A stretch of DNA of 64,000 bases from Tubiluchus corallicola (GCA_030141605.1 JAQGDQ010000463.1:1-64000); one strand, 5' to 3'. Positions 34,830 through 49,259 are shown, counted from the stretch's first letter. A program made the numbers and translations. Notes: generated by a model from the sequence alone, not told the origin.

Positions 34830-35800
34830 TCTGTCATCACTCTTGGTTCTTACAGGTACAGCAACCAAGTAGTAAGCATAAAGTGGGGATGGTTCTACTC
34901 TGGTTTCACAGTTAAATACGGTGTAAGGCAGGGTGGTAATCTGTTCTTTTGTTCAACATCTGTATCAGCGAATTATCTGTAAAACTCTGCAAACTGAAAA
35001 GTGGTCCTATTGCAGACTGTTTACTGAATCACATTATTTATGCAGATGATATTATTTAGTTAGCTCTGTATTACGAGAGTTAGATTATTGCAATAATTTT
35101 GTTATCAGACAAAAAATTTACTTCAACTGTACAAAAACTAAATGTATGAAATTTCTCCCAGCCCAAACAACAGGATGTGTCTCCTTGGCTTCACATATAC
35201 TGTCCAATATTTAGGCCATATAATTCATTCTAATTTGTCTGACAGTGTACATATTAAAAATTAAACTCATCTAATCTGTGCATGTACTAACCCACTAATT
35301 AAAAAATTCTTGTTGTGTTTCTTCTATGTTAAATTACGTCATTTTAAAAGTTATTGCTGTGATTTTTATTGCATGTCATTATGGACAAAATTTGACAGTA
35401 CCGTCTTTAACAAAATACGCATTGCACACAACAATAGTATTTTGAAGGTGTTTAAAATAGCATAATTATGACTGTAGTGCTTCTAGCATGCGTGTAGATT
35501 TGGCAATGCCATATTTTTCGTACCTTTGTTGGAAAGCCTGTTGCAATATTGTAAAACGATTACTAGATAATGTGAACAATAAACGTCTAATAACTGTTGT
35601 CAACTCAGTACGAATTATACAATCTCGTTATACTAAGACGTCCAACAATAGACTGTTTGCAAATAATAATCGTCGAACGTGGTAGCTACAGATGTGTATT
35701 TACCATATGTATTGTACATAGTAATAATTTTTAGAGTAGCTTTTATTGAAATATTTAGTTATAGTGTGATGTAATATTTTCGTGTTTGTATGCCTTTTAG
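34830..35800 (+). mobile_element. Decayed LINE RT and 3' region
   Basis: YSNQVVSIKWG...FTVKYGVRQGG and NHIIYADDII; many stops. Confidence 0.8.
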
Positions 35801-35849
35801 GCTGAAATTAAGAAATCTAATTTAATCGTGTGATATATAAGACGTTTAG

Positions 35850-36272
35850 TGATGCATATCAAATACATAATAATGAGATGGCAAGGTTAAAATGAACACA
35901 ATCACAATTAATAACATACTGAATTTATGACACAAAGTCCAAAACTATGTCAAAAAACAAATAAGGTAAAAATATACTAGCTAACAAATATCAATGCAAA
36001 CTAGTTAGGAGCAGTGAAAAGCGAGATGAATCAATGAGCGAGAGTCATGAGGCACTAGCGAAACTGACTACAAAACAGCAACAAAGCCTAAAATCTAATT
36101 AAACAACCAATAATGGCATGAAGCAAATTGATGCAATAATTAAAAACAAAGGGAAACAGCACTCATCTATGTGCCGTGTGATCCACTTGGCCACTCGTGA
36201 GCAAGTGCAAGAATGAAGAAATTTAGACTCAGCATCTAGTTCCCTCAAGGAGGTCACTACACATAGCAACAT
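35850..36272. repeat. Dispersed repeat (possibly LTR-like), copy 1
   Basis: Shares atatactagctaacaaatatcaatg, aagtccaaaacta and gcaacaaagcctaaaa with 40450-41000. Confidence 0.65.
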
Positions 36273-36372
36273 TGTGCCAAGACACAAAAATAAAATGCTT
36301 AAAGACTAGTGGCAACTTATCACAGCATAATAAAATCGTATATATTAATTCTACTGGTATGGGCTTAATATA

Positions 36373-37038
36373 TTTATATATATAAGATTCGAGGCTACAG
36401 CTTCTACGACGGCACCATTTGTGGCGATTTATATATCAAACGAAAGGTCTCGATCTAGTGTTGTGCCATTGGGGGTTTATTTTTCGAATCGGGCCTACCG
36501 GGAGGAACGGGAGGCGAAAAACCTCCAAAAATGGCCATTTTTTGGCCGTTTTTTGCAAAAGTTATACGACTGAGACCTGAAGAACAGGAACGGGCCATGG
36601 GTGGTGCTGGCTATGGATAGATAGCCCGTTCAGCGGTGGGTGTCATAGGCATATTTAGAATTCGCGAGAGGGCAATGGCGTCCCGTAACAGGCGTATTCC
36701 CGGACCCGACTCGCGATTTTTTCGAAATTTTGGTCAAACAGCCTGCAGAAAAAACGTTCTAGTGGTGCCTGGTGGGACTCTCGGAAGGAGCTATATGTTA
36801 GGACACGTCCACTGAGAGGAGTGCCGACGAGTTAATTAGATGTTCTATTTTTGGAAATTTTCGCTTGGAAAACCGCTGACGCAAAGCCATTGTTCTGACG
36901 TCATCCATTATACTCTGCCTATAACCTTATAACTTTAATTCAGTAAAAGCTGCTGCTGGCTTTGCATTAGGTAATATGTTCGCGTATTTTAATTATACGT
37001 GTATTTATACGCAAAATTTTTTGCGGGGCCTTTGCTAG
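36373..37038 (+). mobile_element. Non-autonomous Helitron (~670 bp)
   Basis: 5' t(t)tatatatataag resembles TCTATATATATAA. The 3' hairpin CGCAAAA-tt-TTTTGCG (37010-37025) is followed 9 nt later by terminal CTAG|T. The interior is GC-rich and there is no TSD. Confidence 0.75.
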
Positions 37039-37049
37039 TATAATGTTAA

Positions 37050-37940
37050 TGCTCAAGGTGATGTACCAAAGTTAAAAGCAAATGCATTAAATTCTCCAAA
37101 CCAGGGGAACTCAATAAACCTTATCCAACTGTATTGCTTCACAACACACCTTTAACCTGGACAGATGAAGTCCCTCATTTAGGTCATTTAATGGATGATG
37201 CTGATATTCTTAATAAACAGGCCAATAGTTTACGTGCCAACTTTTCATTTGCTTGTTTTCACTTAAAATGTAAACTACTTCAAACATATTGTCTAGAACA
37301 TTCAGTTACCAGAGCTGGAAGTTGAATAATTCGAAAATATATTTTATTGACACAGCTTAGAATATAGCTATCAGTAAATTATGGAAATTATCGTACAGAG
37401 CTCACACTTGCATTTTGCCCACTTGCCCAATACTGTTCAGCCAAGTAAGCACTTTGCAAAATGGTTTCTTAAATATTATGTAGTATGTAAAAATAGTATT
37501 AACTCGACAATTAACTTTATAGTCAAACATATATTATATGACGCAAACTCAATAATGGGTTTCAACTTGTAAAATTGTTATAGAAAATAATGTTACCCTT
37601 GAAGACGTATTGTGAAAGGAAGCGATTTAGCTTCCAGACAGTTAGCGATAATAAACTTAGCAAAAGATTGTATAAGTTGTATAGAAACTAGAAATTTTAA
37701 TTTTTAATCGAAGTATCAGTTGAAGGAAATGTTACAATACACGGTGTCTTTTTAAATTAATTCCTTTGTCTTCTTGTATGCAAATAATTTCAGTGCTCAT
37801 TTTTGTTGTTGTTGTTGTCAGTGTTTAATATTTATTTTACTTTTGCTAATAGTTTACTAATTCCTTTTAACTGAACCACTTATGTAACTTAATTGTACAT
37901 GTGTTCGAAAATAATGATAAATGATAATAATAATAATAAT
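37050..37940 (+). mobile_element. Decayed LINE 3' fragment ending in (TAA)n
   Basis: KSKCIKF, LTWTDEVPHLGHL, ANSLRANF...KCKLLQTYC; similar type to 34830-35800; taataataataat tail at ~37925. Confidence 0.6.
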
Positions 37941-38199
37941 AACGTATCTGTACATGTATTACAGAAACTAAGTAAAAATCATCAAAAAGGAATACAAAGT
38001 TAAAGGATCAAAGTAATGATCAAGTCATAAGTATGAATCATCAAAAATCACATGCTTAAGCATACGCATCAAATCATGAATCAAAGACACTAGCATGATC
38101 TCATAAGTACCGAAAAACACAAGTCATAAATCAGAGTCATCAGCCTCAAAGCACAAGAACCAAAATTAAATCATCAAAGTTACACGAAGAATGAATTTA

Positions 38200-39362
38200 A
38201 ACAAAAATTGAAATGGGGCAAAAAAACCATTTTTATTTGTTTTTTATGCACATATATTTAATTTATACTAAGGGCCAGAGGGCGAGTAGTACCACATCAA
38301 ATTATGACCCAATCGCATATCCAAAAATCACATGAGTTAAAAGCTTAAATCTGGAAAGCTATAAATCCAACTACGAATCCTATCACGTAGCAACCATAAG
38401 TCCGACCACGATCCAATCAGAATGATTTCATGAACAAGTATAGTCAAACCAACTGTGATCCAGAATGAACGGATGGGTAAAAGTACTACGTCAAAAGTTC
38501 ATTCAGTCACATCCAAAGTACACTGGCTCCCAACAATGTGGAGAGTCCAGAAACATGGCTTGCAACAATGAGTAAAGTCCATGCACAATATTCAGCTTCA
38601 GCAAAAGTCATCAAATTAGGAGCACTCCTTAATCCTCATGGAGCTGCAGTGCCCAGCAGAAATCATAGAATAGCAAAAATTTAGAATCACTCAGCAGAGA
38701 AATCGCAGCAGCCCAGAATGCACAAGGTCAATTAAGAGTTCATAACGACAACAGCAACTTCAAGATAGCAAATGATTCACTGACATCCCATCACTGGCCA
38801 AGATCTTAAACAATTCCTTTGCCTTCTAGGGGGACTTCTCTTTAGACATGATGCTGGAAGAAACTGAAAAATTAGCATTTGCATTAGTAACAAAATGATT
38901 GGAATTATCATTAGATTTAACATCAGGTCTAACGCTATCATGAACAGGAGATGAGTTCTCAAGTCCGCTTAGCGGTGTCAAGGGTGAGGCATGTAATTCA
39001 AGAGGATACAGGGATTTAAGGTTGCGATGAAATTTCTGATGATTGCTAAACCCAACAAGTGTGGAATGTCCAAGAACATCAGCAAAAGGTTCCAAAGCAA
39101 TGATAAGTTTAAGTCTTCACTGGACACTAGGTAGATAGATTGTCATGAACAAACAACAGCATCAGCAATACAAGGTAAAAAAGATAATGTAACCTTGTTT
39201 TGCACAAGTTTATGTTGATGCCACTCTCTAAGGCTCAAAAGATACTCCAGCTTCCATCTAGCACAAAATTGGTCAAGTGCAGCACTCCCTTAATTCCAGA
39301 AACGAAGCAGTTGTTCCACATTAGTTTTCAATTCGTGTTTCCGGCAATGGAGGCGCCAAAAG
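38200..39362 (-). mobile_element. Possible BEL/Pao LTR-element internal remnant
   Basis: HRNLKSLYPLE resembles the BEL/Pao post-integrase R.I..LYPLE motif. PBS-like tggcgcctccattgccgg lies on the minus strand at ~39358-39341, next to a ...tttcaca end. Confidence 0.4.
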
Positions 39363-40449
39363 TGTGAAACTGGAAAACTACGGTGACATCTCAAAATACC
39401 CCGGGAATTTAAATCAGGCCCCAAATCATTCAGACTTTTCAACAAAACATGACTGCAGTGTACCTACTGTACCTCTTTGAACCACAAATTGATTGTGTGA
39501 CCCATATTCTCAGCAGTAATATTCAGAGAAGTGCGTCGTCACCGAAATTTCATTATTACTTTCAATACCAAACAGTTTTACACACAGCAATCTAGAAAGT
39601 TTAGAAAAATGCTGTAGACTAAATTGGCAAGTATAACACACACACACTTTGTATTTGTTCCGAATCAGAACTAATAGGCAGCTAATCAAAATGCAGCCTG
39701 TCACAGCAACTATTAGCTATCCATCGATGACGTAGCGAGCACCCCACCGTTACTGTTGAAGTTATAGTAATAGCCATGTCTGTTGTAACTGTAACCTCAG
39801 TGGTAGTGGTCTGTGGATAAGTTGAAGTAATTTCTGCTTAGGCTTTTCAGGCAGCTTGTACCTTTTTGTACCTCATCTTCATAATTCTGGTAACAAGTTT
39901 TTCAAGTTCCCGATTGTCCATAGTAAAAGGATGTGGTAGTGTAAATGTAAACAGTTACAATGACCAAGGGGCAATGCAACACAATCATTAACAAAATGTG
40001 TGAGTTCTACTTTAATTTTAGAAATATTTAACAGTACAATTATAACTGTGTTTATAGGTATGACGTGTAAGCTTGCAACAATTAAAGTACCGACAAGTAG
40101 ATGCAACCAAGTACTTTACCTTTAAATTTAAAATGTAGCAGGTCCAGGATAAAGCACCTAGGCAAGGCAATGACCCACTGTACTGCTACATAAAAAAACT
40201 CTGTAAAAATCTCAGGTAACCAAAAAAAAGATACTGTACAAGCAGGAAACACAGAAGTAACACACTAAGCAGACGCTTAAACTAAAACAAAACTTGCACT
40301 TTGTGGTGGACAATGATAGCACCCCCATTACCATTTGCAAAATTTGTTAGTGATCGTTTCCACCATGCTGCTAAAAATGAAACTCAAAATACTAAGAGAT
40401 AACATCATAATGACTAGCATTTATTAGCATGTGGCCCACAAAACCCAAG

Positions 40450-41000
40450 AACATACAAATGTATAATGATGAGATGACAATCCGAATTAGTAACATTTTA
40501 AATTTATGTCCCAAGTCCAAAACTAAGTGGAAAATAACCAAATATAATTAAAAAAGACGACTATACATATTATGACACAAAGATATACTAGCTAACAAAT
40601 ATCAATGGAAAGGAGCTAAAATCAAAGCTGACTGATGTACCAAGAAATAGACAACTGACAACAAATTCTAAAACGCAGAACGTAAATGTAAAATTAGCGA
40701 CTCACACAGGTTAGCAAAAATTAGAAAAGTGAAATGAATCAATGAACAAGACTGAGGAGTCATGAACAAGCAGCAGTAGTGGAACTGACAAAAAAGAGGC
40801 AACAAAGCCTAAAACCAGATTAAACAAAAGATAAGACTTGATATCAACTGACGCGATTTGAGAACGAATGGAACCAGTCACTCACCTAAGTACTGTTCGA
40901 CCAGCTCGCAGGAAAGTGCAAAAATGATGAGGTTTTTACGCTCGTGGAGTGAACCTCCCTCAAGCGATAAACAATGAAGCTGCTACATGTCGCTTCACAA
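40450..41000. repeat. Dispersed repeat (possibly LTR-like), copy 2
   Basis: Diverged direct copy of 35850-36272. Confidence 0.65.
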
Positions 41001-42975
41001 GCAGTTATTATAACAATTTTCCTGATTATTTGTGATTTTATTGAAAATAATTTTGTTGTGTGTGCAAACAAACTCTGATAAGTGCTTAATTACTGTATAC
41101 ACCGAGTGAAGTTTCTCTTGCGCCACTCTTAGCATACTATATTTAGAAAGTGAAATGTACTTCAGAAACATTCCTCCTGATCAACTTTTTGTTGTTTAAC
41201 TTTTATAAGGCTTAGCTTAAAATGGAAGCAAATGACAAATCATGTTTAACACTAAATTAATAATGTTCCCCTCAAAGTTACAAAAACTGTCTAAATTCTA
41301 AATGTAATTTTCCTTTGATAGTTGTGGGTTTATTGGATTTTAAAAGCTTATTGTACTGCTACATTGTTACTTTTCTCAAAAACTAAAAATACCTGTATAT
41401 TACAGCATTACTTTCATTTGTCTTCATAAAAAATCTCACTACAAACATCAACATTTCCCTTTTGTAATGAATTCAAATTGCAAACCTCACTGAAGGGATT
41501 GTTTCATTACAGTAATTAGCTTGGCAGAATTACACCGAGTACAAGTTGCAACCAGCTATTAAAGCAACACTGAAGGCAAAATATGATTGTATGTTAAAAT
41601 GTAGTTATACATTGCTGACAGTCATACCATACTTAAAAATTGACGGAAGGCTGCGCGGGCAAAAATGAACAGTGACAGTGTTAGCGTGACACCACTGGTA
41701 TCTCTATTGTATGTAACAATACACATGCATATGTGGTAAAACACCAGTATCAAAATTTTTTTCGCTGAATTTGCACCACAGATTACAAATCACCAGACAT
41801 TTCAACCTACAGATATCCAAAACAGGAAGATTCCTCAAAAGTTCAGTTAGAAGCTCTATGCTTTTTTGCATTCTACCATGTTTTTCTGGCAGTAGAAATG
41901 TCTTCTGACAGTTCTTTTTAACTATTCAAAATACTCTTTATTTTAAAAATGCTCTTTTAGACACATTGGAAAAGCTTTCTTGCACTTTTTGAATGTGCAA
42001 ATTAGAAGAAATATTACCTCAAAGCATTAATTCAAGATATTGTATAAAGATAAAAAGTATAAATTTGGTTGCTGTATAATTTTGTTTAAATTAAAGTCAG
42101 TTGTCATTTAAGAAAGGCTTGTCGGTATTGTGAATTAACTTTTGAGTTTCAAACTGAAAATTGCCAAAACTTCAGCATTTCCATTAGCCAATTTTAAGCT
42201 TTGTGTAGTGCATTTAGCCTAGATTTGGAGCTCAAGAAGTATGCAGTATTTTTCAATGGTAATAATTGTTTTAGTATTATTATTACAACTACCAAAAACA
42301 TGTTCAAAAAGCTATAGTAACTCATCTTTAAGATTACAATTTCTCAAGCACGCTTTTGTTAAGATTTGCACAGGTCACGACTTTTGTAAAAATTAATGAA
42401 ATTTTTGTAATTTCAGTGTACCGAACAAACTCTCTCATGCTGCCTCGGTGTCCAAATTTTTTTTGTCAATCACACCTAACAATCCTCAGTGTTATTACAA
42501 CTTTATCCTTTGGAAAATGTAAATATAATTATACTTTGTCAGAAGCATTATGTCAGCAGCACAAGGCAACCTGGCAGTGAGACAAAAGCAGCAATGATTA
42601 GAAAGAAGAAAATTTAACCATGTTGCAATTAAGACAGTGAAGTGCAAGACACCAACGATGTCATGCTGAAACTTCTGCAAGCTGTACGGTACAGCCTGAA
42701 CCTCATTACTAATATTTTTTCACAGATAGTATATTGAATTAGGTGTGGAAAAAGTTGTGGTTTGAGCTTTGAACGCTGTTTAAAGAGAGTCTGTACTCTG
42801 CCGAGATTTTGTACTCTAACTCATCTCGAGTAGTAAAGACTTGAAACTTGGACTTTTAGTGCTCAGGAAAAAGTTGACCAAATTACATGTCAAAAATACC
42901 TAGGAAGAGGACTAGTATTATATCCATTACACAATCACGTAGGATAAAACCAAAACCCAGTACGCATCAGCATAC

Positions 42976-43070
42976 CTCGGGGTAGAATGTTGAGCAGTAC
43001 TCCATTAATGCATTGTTAACTTTTTCTTGTGCTTCTTCAACTAAACGAGTGCTTTGCAAACCTCTCACAT
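42976..43070 (-). CDS. ftz-f1: ftz-f1/NR5A coding exon (LBD helix 9)
   Basis: gtatttttag|AT GTG AGA...CCC GAG|gtatg gives (D)VRGLQSTRLVEEAQEKVNNALMEYCSTFYPE. Phases 1 and 0 are consistent with the neighbouring exons. Confidence 0.93.
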
Positions 43071-43559
43071 CTAAAAATACAATGAAACGATATATGAAAC
43101 ACAAATAACATTTTATAAAATTACATACCACATTTGAGCAGGCTAATAATACAGCTAATAATACACAATTTAATTGGCAGTAAGTGGTTATATTTATCAT
43201 GGGCTACTTGTAATTGAATTACAACTGTAGAGCAGGAATAACTGAAAACTCGGTGTTCAAGCAATTGTATGCTCCGCTATGTTATCTTGTTTACATGCAA
43301 AAGACATTAGATGGGCTTTTCTTACACGAGATGGTAGTTTAGCGATTTCAGATGTTAACATTAAAAAGTGTGATCTAGATTTGATACTCTTTCCGTATAA
43401 TACGCATTAATCACTATATTCACCCTTAATCAGCAGTTTCAAGATCACTGCTGAGACAAGCCTACGTGGCATGTACCTCATGTAACGTAATGCGACAGTT
43501 CAATTTTAAATAAAGAAGTCAATACACATTATACTCAGTTTTTACTGATGATGGACAGG

Positions 43560-44120
43560 ATAAATCTTTTTAACCAAATTATGATTTCTAACACAGTTGC
43601 AAATGCCAGATCACTTTTAGAACCTTTGTCTACCTCTGAAGCTCATGTATGTACCCAATTTTTTCCTGATTTATCTAATAAGTTCATACATTATCTAAGA
43701 GCAGGTTTTATGTAACTTACTGTTACAAAGTGCAAATTTCCTTTAAGAAATTTTATAAGAGTCAAGCATTAGCTTGGCAGTATTTTTTATATTCCTTTGA
43801 TTGTGCACAAAATTAACTGCCTGGATTGCGAGAAATTTTATGTTGGTAGAAATCAGTGTGTACTAGATTCTAGATTTAATCAGCACATGTATTCTACCCA
43901 AAAACAGATAGTTCACATACTGGTCTAACAAAACGTAATACACTGTATCTTCCAATCGCAACATTAATAGGTATTCAGTTAGCATACTAAATACGTGTCC
44001 AAATTCTTCTCCTCTCACCTTAACTGATTCTATTAAAGTGAAAGTCAAATCTAGTCATATTCTTAACAATCAGGGTGATTTGAAATACTGAAAACACATT
44101 GCAAATGGTTGGAATACAGT
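43560..44120 (+). mobile_element. Penelope-like GIY-YIG endonuclease remnant
   Basis: 43797-43889 reads LIVHKINCLDCEKFYVGRNQCVLDSRFNQHM, matching VVY.I.C..C...YVG.T.R.L..R..EH. Confidence 0.7.
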
Positions 44121-45245
44121 ATTTACGTATATCAATTAATTTTCACTTATATTTCTCTCTCTCTCTCTCTCTTACTTAATATAAGCTGTTTTCTTATATC
44201 ATTAGTGCTTAAATTTAAATACTTTAAGAGTACTTTGTTTTTATACTGTCTTGGGTGATAAAATTCTATTTAAGTTTATTTATTTTAATTTTAGGTAACT
44301 ACGTTGAGTTTTCAAGATGTGGCATCTTGCTCAGTGATACATGAAAATGATATCCGATAGGATATCAAAATATTGTGATAGATTTTAATACATATTTCAC
44401 CTCTAAAGCTGGCTATTTCAATGTGGCCATAAGGTATTTAAAAAACCAACATTATCTGTCTCTAGCACTGAAAATAGTAATATACGAAAATTTATTCAAT
44501 TCGCTAAATAAATAAAATACTGATAAGCAAAAATAGACAGCTACTCATTGTAATTATCTACTCATTTTCTACACAGCTACTCACTTATCTACTCATGTAA
44601 TTAATTTAATCCCATAACTGTTGAAATTTTAGATTCCTGTTGGCAAAGATATCAGTCATTAGACCACAAAATCCTTCCAATGCAAGAAGTAATAAGAAAC
44701 GACTATATAAAGGCTGCACAACCATCAATGGGCTTACTATTATCTCGATTATGATTAATAATAATAATAATACTTTATTTTTTACAAATGTGATTTGTTT
44801 GTAGCGCTTATAATAGCATATACCAAAACGCACTGAGCAGATAAGATGTTGAAGAAAACAGAAATGGTTAACTACATTGTCTATTTGCATAATGAATTAG
44901 GCTGCTGATTTGTGGCTTCAGCTTTTAAGATTAGATAAGACACCGATTCTGTAATGTGTATTGTTTTGTCTGTAAACATTTCTTCTCATAGGGACACAAA
45001 AAATTACATCAGGATAAATGCAGGTTTCAGTTAATAATTAGGTGGCCACATTTCTGGCAAGTTCAATGATGCAACACAGATTAGTATGTAAGTTACAGTG
45101 TATCTGGACTTCAAATTTAGTTTATTTTTATATATAGATAATTCGTTTAGTTTTAATAGGCAGTAATTGAACTTTTCTTTTGCATGTATATGTTCAGATG
45201 CGTAAAGTTCAAGAAAATACACACCACTATGAGTTCCCAGCATAC

Positions 45246-45504
45246 CTGGGTTGAGAAGAATAATGAACTTAAGGCAAATGTATTCAATCCTGTCAAACTT
45301 CAACTCCCTTAGTCGCATCAGCAGTTCACGGTGCCGATCAGCCATGTTAGTGAAACCAAAGAGTGTCAGATTGAGCAGGCTGAATTTCTGCCCATTTGGT
45401 AGCATGGTTTCATTGGGAAGGCTGTTATGAATCTGGTGATAGATCATGTCGAGTATGAGTAGTTCTGACCATGATAACTGTAATAACTTCATTTGATCTT
45501 CAAC
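45246..45504 (-). CDS. ftz-f1: ftz-f1/NR5A coding exon (LBD helices 4-8)
   Basis: ttattttcag|VEDQMKLLQLSWSELLILD...LPNETMLPNGQKF...LKFDRIEYICLKFIILLNP(G)|gtatg; 259 nt. Confidence 0.96.
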
Positions 45505-46729
45505 CTGAAAATAACATTTTAGAAAGGTTTATTAAATGCAGAAGTAACCGTTACACTATCACTTTGTTAGTCAAGTTTTAACAAAATAATTAACTTCATA
45601 TTATAATTCTGAATTTTGTTTTCTGCTTAGTATTTCAGATAGTAGTGCATAAAGTAGAAGGAATGTGTTTTACAGAGGAAAAAAGGTGTGCAAATACGTC
45701 ATCAGGTAATTTTCATTTCCTGTTGATGACTGCTAAAGTGCAGTTGAGACATTGTTTGAATAAGAAGTGTAAAAAATTTAATTTATTGTGGGATATTTGT
45801 ACCTAATGATACTGCTTTTTGTTATTGAGAATTTGCAGATGCTAAATAACATATAATAAACAAACTACTAAATACAGTCCAACATTCACATAAATCAATG
45901 GGCATACCATTATTATCATCAATAGAGGGTCTCAGCTTAACAGAGCCTACCTTGCTCTTAAGTAAATCCAATTAGAACTTCGATATTTTGGTGTTTTATG
46001 TCCAGTATTGGATAAGTGTAAAGATAAACCTGCCAGTTAACAGGCTGGTTTATTGGATGTGATGTCTCTTATACGAATGGATGTATACGAGCATTAATTC
46101 TGGTACACAGCATTATGACAAACTAATGTAACGTTGATTACAGTTAAATTTAGTGTTATAAAAATAATGTTAAACAACGTAGATTGATTATACAGAATCA
46201 ATAATGATGATAATTAGGATGAAATTTAGGGTAGTTCTTATAATATAATTCCTTATTTACTGTGCTAGTGTTGGTGCTGCTGTGCTAGAACACTAAGTCT
46301 TGTTTACAGGAAAACTGGAACTCATCTTAAACTATAGCTCAAAACAATCTACCCTATAGATTGAAAGTGGACATATTATTCTTTAAGAGTGAATTACGTG
46401 TAGGGCCAGATTATCCTAGAGGCTAGTATAGGGTGCAGTCCTCAATTTTGATAACATTTGGTAAAAAAAATCTGTGTTTTCACTATGGTTGTTGAAATGT
46501 GTGCTAATATAAGGATTGATGCAGTGGATAATCAGGAATATGCACAATTGAAATGAGTATGCAGCTGGAATAACAGAGATTGTATGGGAGACAACATTTT
46601 TCTTAAACTATCATATATTTACTATATCTTGTGATACGTTGAGTAATTACAGACCTTGTATTTGACTTTCCATATAAAAGAGGTAGCAAGAGGAGCTCAA
46701 AAGTCGTTATGTAATACTAGAAGTTTAAT

Positions 46730-48900
46730 TCCACACCTATTAGTGTTGTAAATTGTAGGGTGCATGTCAATACACTTGTCGGTGTAAGTACAGGTTTTCT
46801 GGCTAATTCAATGGCTTGTTGAAGAGCTATCTTTACTGGATTATCATCAGATAATCTAAGTGCATGTCCAATCCAAACGGTGCCTTTTTTATTTTTCTTG
46901 TCCAATGTTTCATATCTTATTTTTTCATACAGAAGTTTGTTTGAGATTTTTTAAATATGCTAGTAATGCCATTATCTTCTGGCTTGATGTCATCTTCTAC
47001 TGCCAGCAAACTACCGAGATACTTGCATTTATTTCCGTGCTTCATCACCATGGCGTGTTATGTGAAACTCTTCAGTTTAAATTTAGTTTATTATGAGTCC
47101 ATTCTTTTCAGTTTTTCTTCTATCGAGTTTTTTATTTCAGTTAATTCTTCTTCATTTCTTGCAATCCATGCCACATCATTAGCATACTATATAGGGATAG
47201 TAGTTGACATACTTTGTAGAGAGCTGTAATTGTGTCCTTGTCTTATTTCAGTTGGTATTAATTCAGGATCAAGAATCTCACAGTTGTGATCTTCTAGTAT
47301 AGGGCCTAAGCACTGTGGTACTACTCCTTTGTTTGCCGAAAATGGCTGACTCACACCTGACTTGAATTAATAAATTTTCTAACATTGTACTTATGATGTT
47401 TATTTCATCAGACTCAAGGATTTTTTCTAGACAGGAGAGTGATCTCCAAACAAAATCAAAGGCTTTTAACAGTGCGCGGTAAAAATGAAAAATGGCATAT
47501 GAAAAATGGCATGATAAAAATGGCATAGGAAAGAATGGCACAAATGTAAAAGTAGGTAAAATGGCACAGGTAAAATGGTGCAGGAAAAATGGCATAAATG
47601 GAAAGTAGGAAAAATGACTTGTTATTTTGATGCAATTGATTTCTAATGCTAATAAAACTAGAATGCGCTCAGTAGGAAGCAGATTTCTGCCAAAGTGGAA
47701 CAATCCTAATCTTATTTGTTTGATTCTTTTGATTCCAAAAATTTAACAGAAAGATAAACAAGCAAACATACAAAAATAAAAATGTACCTGTATTGGTATT
47801 ACGTAGACCAGCAATAGACTCACAAAAGATTTACCCATTAAATAGGTTTATAATCAATAAAGCACGCATGTTCCATACAATGTTTATCTACCTTTTAACC
47901 ACTAATTTTGGCGATGGTAGAAGACTGACAAATATATACATAGCAAGTCAATTTATAGGGTTATACACATTAGTAAGCAAATGTTATAGAAAGTGTTACA
48001 CAGTTTTACTTTTCTCGAAATGGAACCTGGAACTAGCTCGTAGTTGTGTGTCCTGGTGGAGATAATAAAAAAGAAGTACTAAACACTCACTCTGAGACCT
48101 CCATGAAGTGCTTCACGAACATGTTTTGTACGTGGTGTTCGGTCAAGTTATGCGGAAAAAATTGGCAAAAGGACTCTATACCCACCTTTCTTCACAAAGT
48201 TTTTTGGAAATCTGTTACATAGGTTTTGCTTAATAGGCTTACTGCCATAACATACAAAAAAACAACCAAACAAACACAAACTGTGTTGAAGCATAACTTC
48301 CTTGGCAGAGGTAAATTTTTCTTGTGCTATTTTTACCATGCCATTTTTTCCTGTGCCATTTTAACCTACATGCACTTTTGACGCATCGGTTAGTAGAATA
48401 TATATTGAATAATCAACAGAAGAGATGGCTTTTTCAGCTAGTAGTTTACTACTTCGGCTTGAATTAATTCTATAGTATTCTGTCCTGGATGATAGGCTGC
48501 TTCGCTTGTTGGAATGTGTTTAACTTGTTTTAGATCCTAGTCAACAGGTAGAAAGCTAAAACTTTCCTATGAATGTAAATAACATCAACGGTCTAAGATT
48601 TTCTATAGGACCTCGCTTCTTTCATGGCAAAGGGAGATAAGTATTCCTTTATGACTATCTTGCGGAAATGTACGCGGTTTTGAAATCAAAATTGCGGCAA
48701 TGTCTGCATAAAAAGTATCTGATCCATACTTGACTAACTGAGCATTTAATTCATCTATGTCCGGGCATTTGTTGTTTTTCAGTGATTTTGCTGCATGCTT
48801 TACTTCTTTCTTAGTAAATGGAATTTTCATTGGATAGTGATCAGTCATTTTAACACCAGCAGCATTTTCAACATTACAGCTGCAATAATAGGATACAGTT
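46730..48900 (-). mobile_element. Decayed RTE-like LINE, split by a later insertion
   Basis: AAKSLKNNKCPDIDELNAQLVKYG; ILLTD|LLKAFD; YANDVAW (YADD-like); WIGHALRLSDDNPVKIAL. Confidence 0.8.
47473..48385. mobile_element. Foldback-like insertion with AAAATGGCA subrepeat arms
   Basis: aaaatggca(c/t) repeats at 47480-47600 and inverted tgccatttt at 48320-48365. Removing the block rejoins the host LINE motif LLTDLLKAFD. Confidence 0.75.
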
Positions 48901-49259
48901 GGTAAAAACATGATGGGCAGTTTTGAAATTTAAAAAAGAAAAAGTTGATACTGTAGTTGCAAAGTGCAGCAAGCTGTATTAAGACAAGACCAACTTGCAG
49001 TCTTGAATAATATACTTCTAAAAAGTCTTTAACGACATGCTAGAAGTTTTGAGGTGCACATGGTTAGTATACACGCTGCAACTCGCTGACTGGTGATGGT
49101 ATTAGAGGTTATGAGAAGAGGTGAAGCAAAACAAACATGGTGGGTGCGGGCTAAAAACACAGTTAGATTTACAGACAGGTTAGGTGGGATGGCACCCTCA
49201 TGGTAGAAACAGCAGAAGGTGCAAGTGCTCGGAAGTGATCTCTAAAAGTGATTTCTCTG

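Noticed and set aside
41559-42331. Possible Kolobok-like element bounded by TTAA-AG...CT-TTAA
   Set aside because: The termini match for only two bases beyond TTAA.
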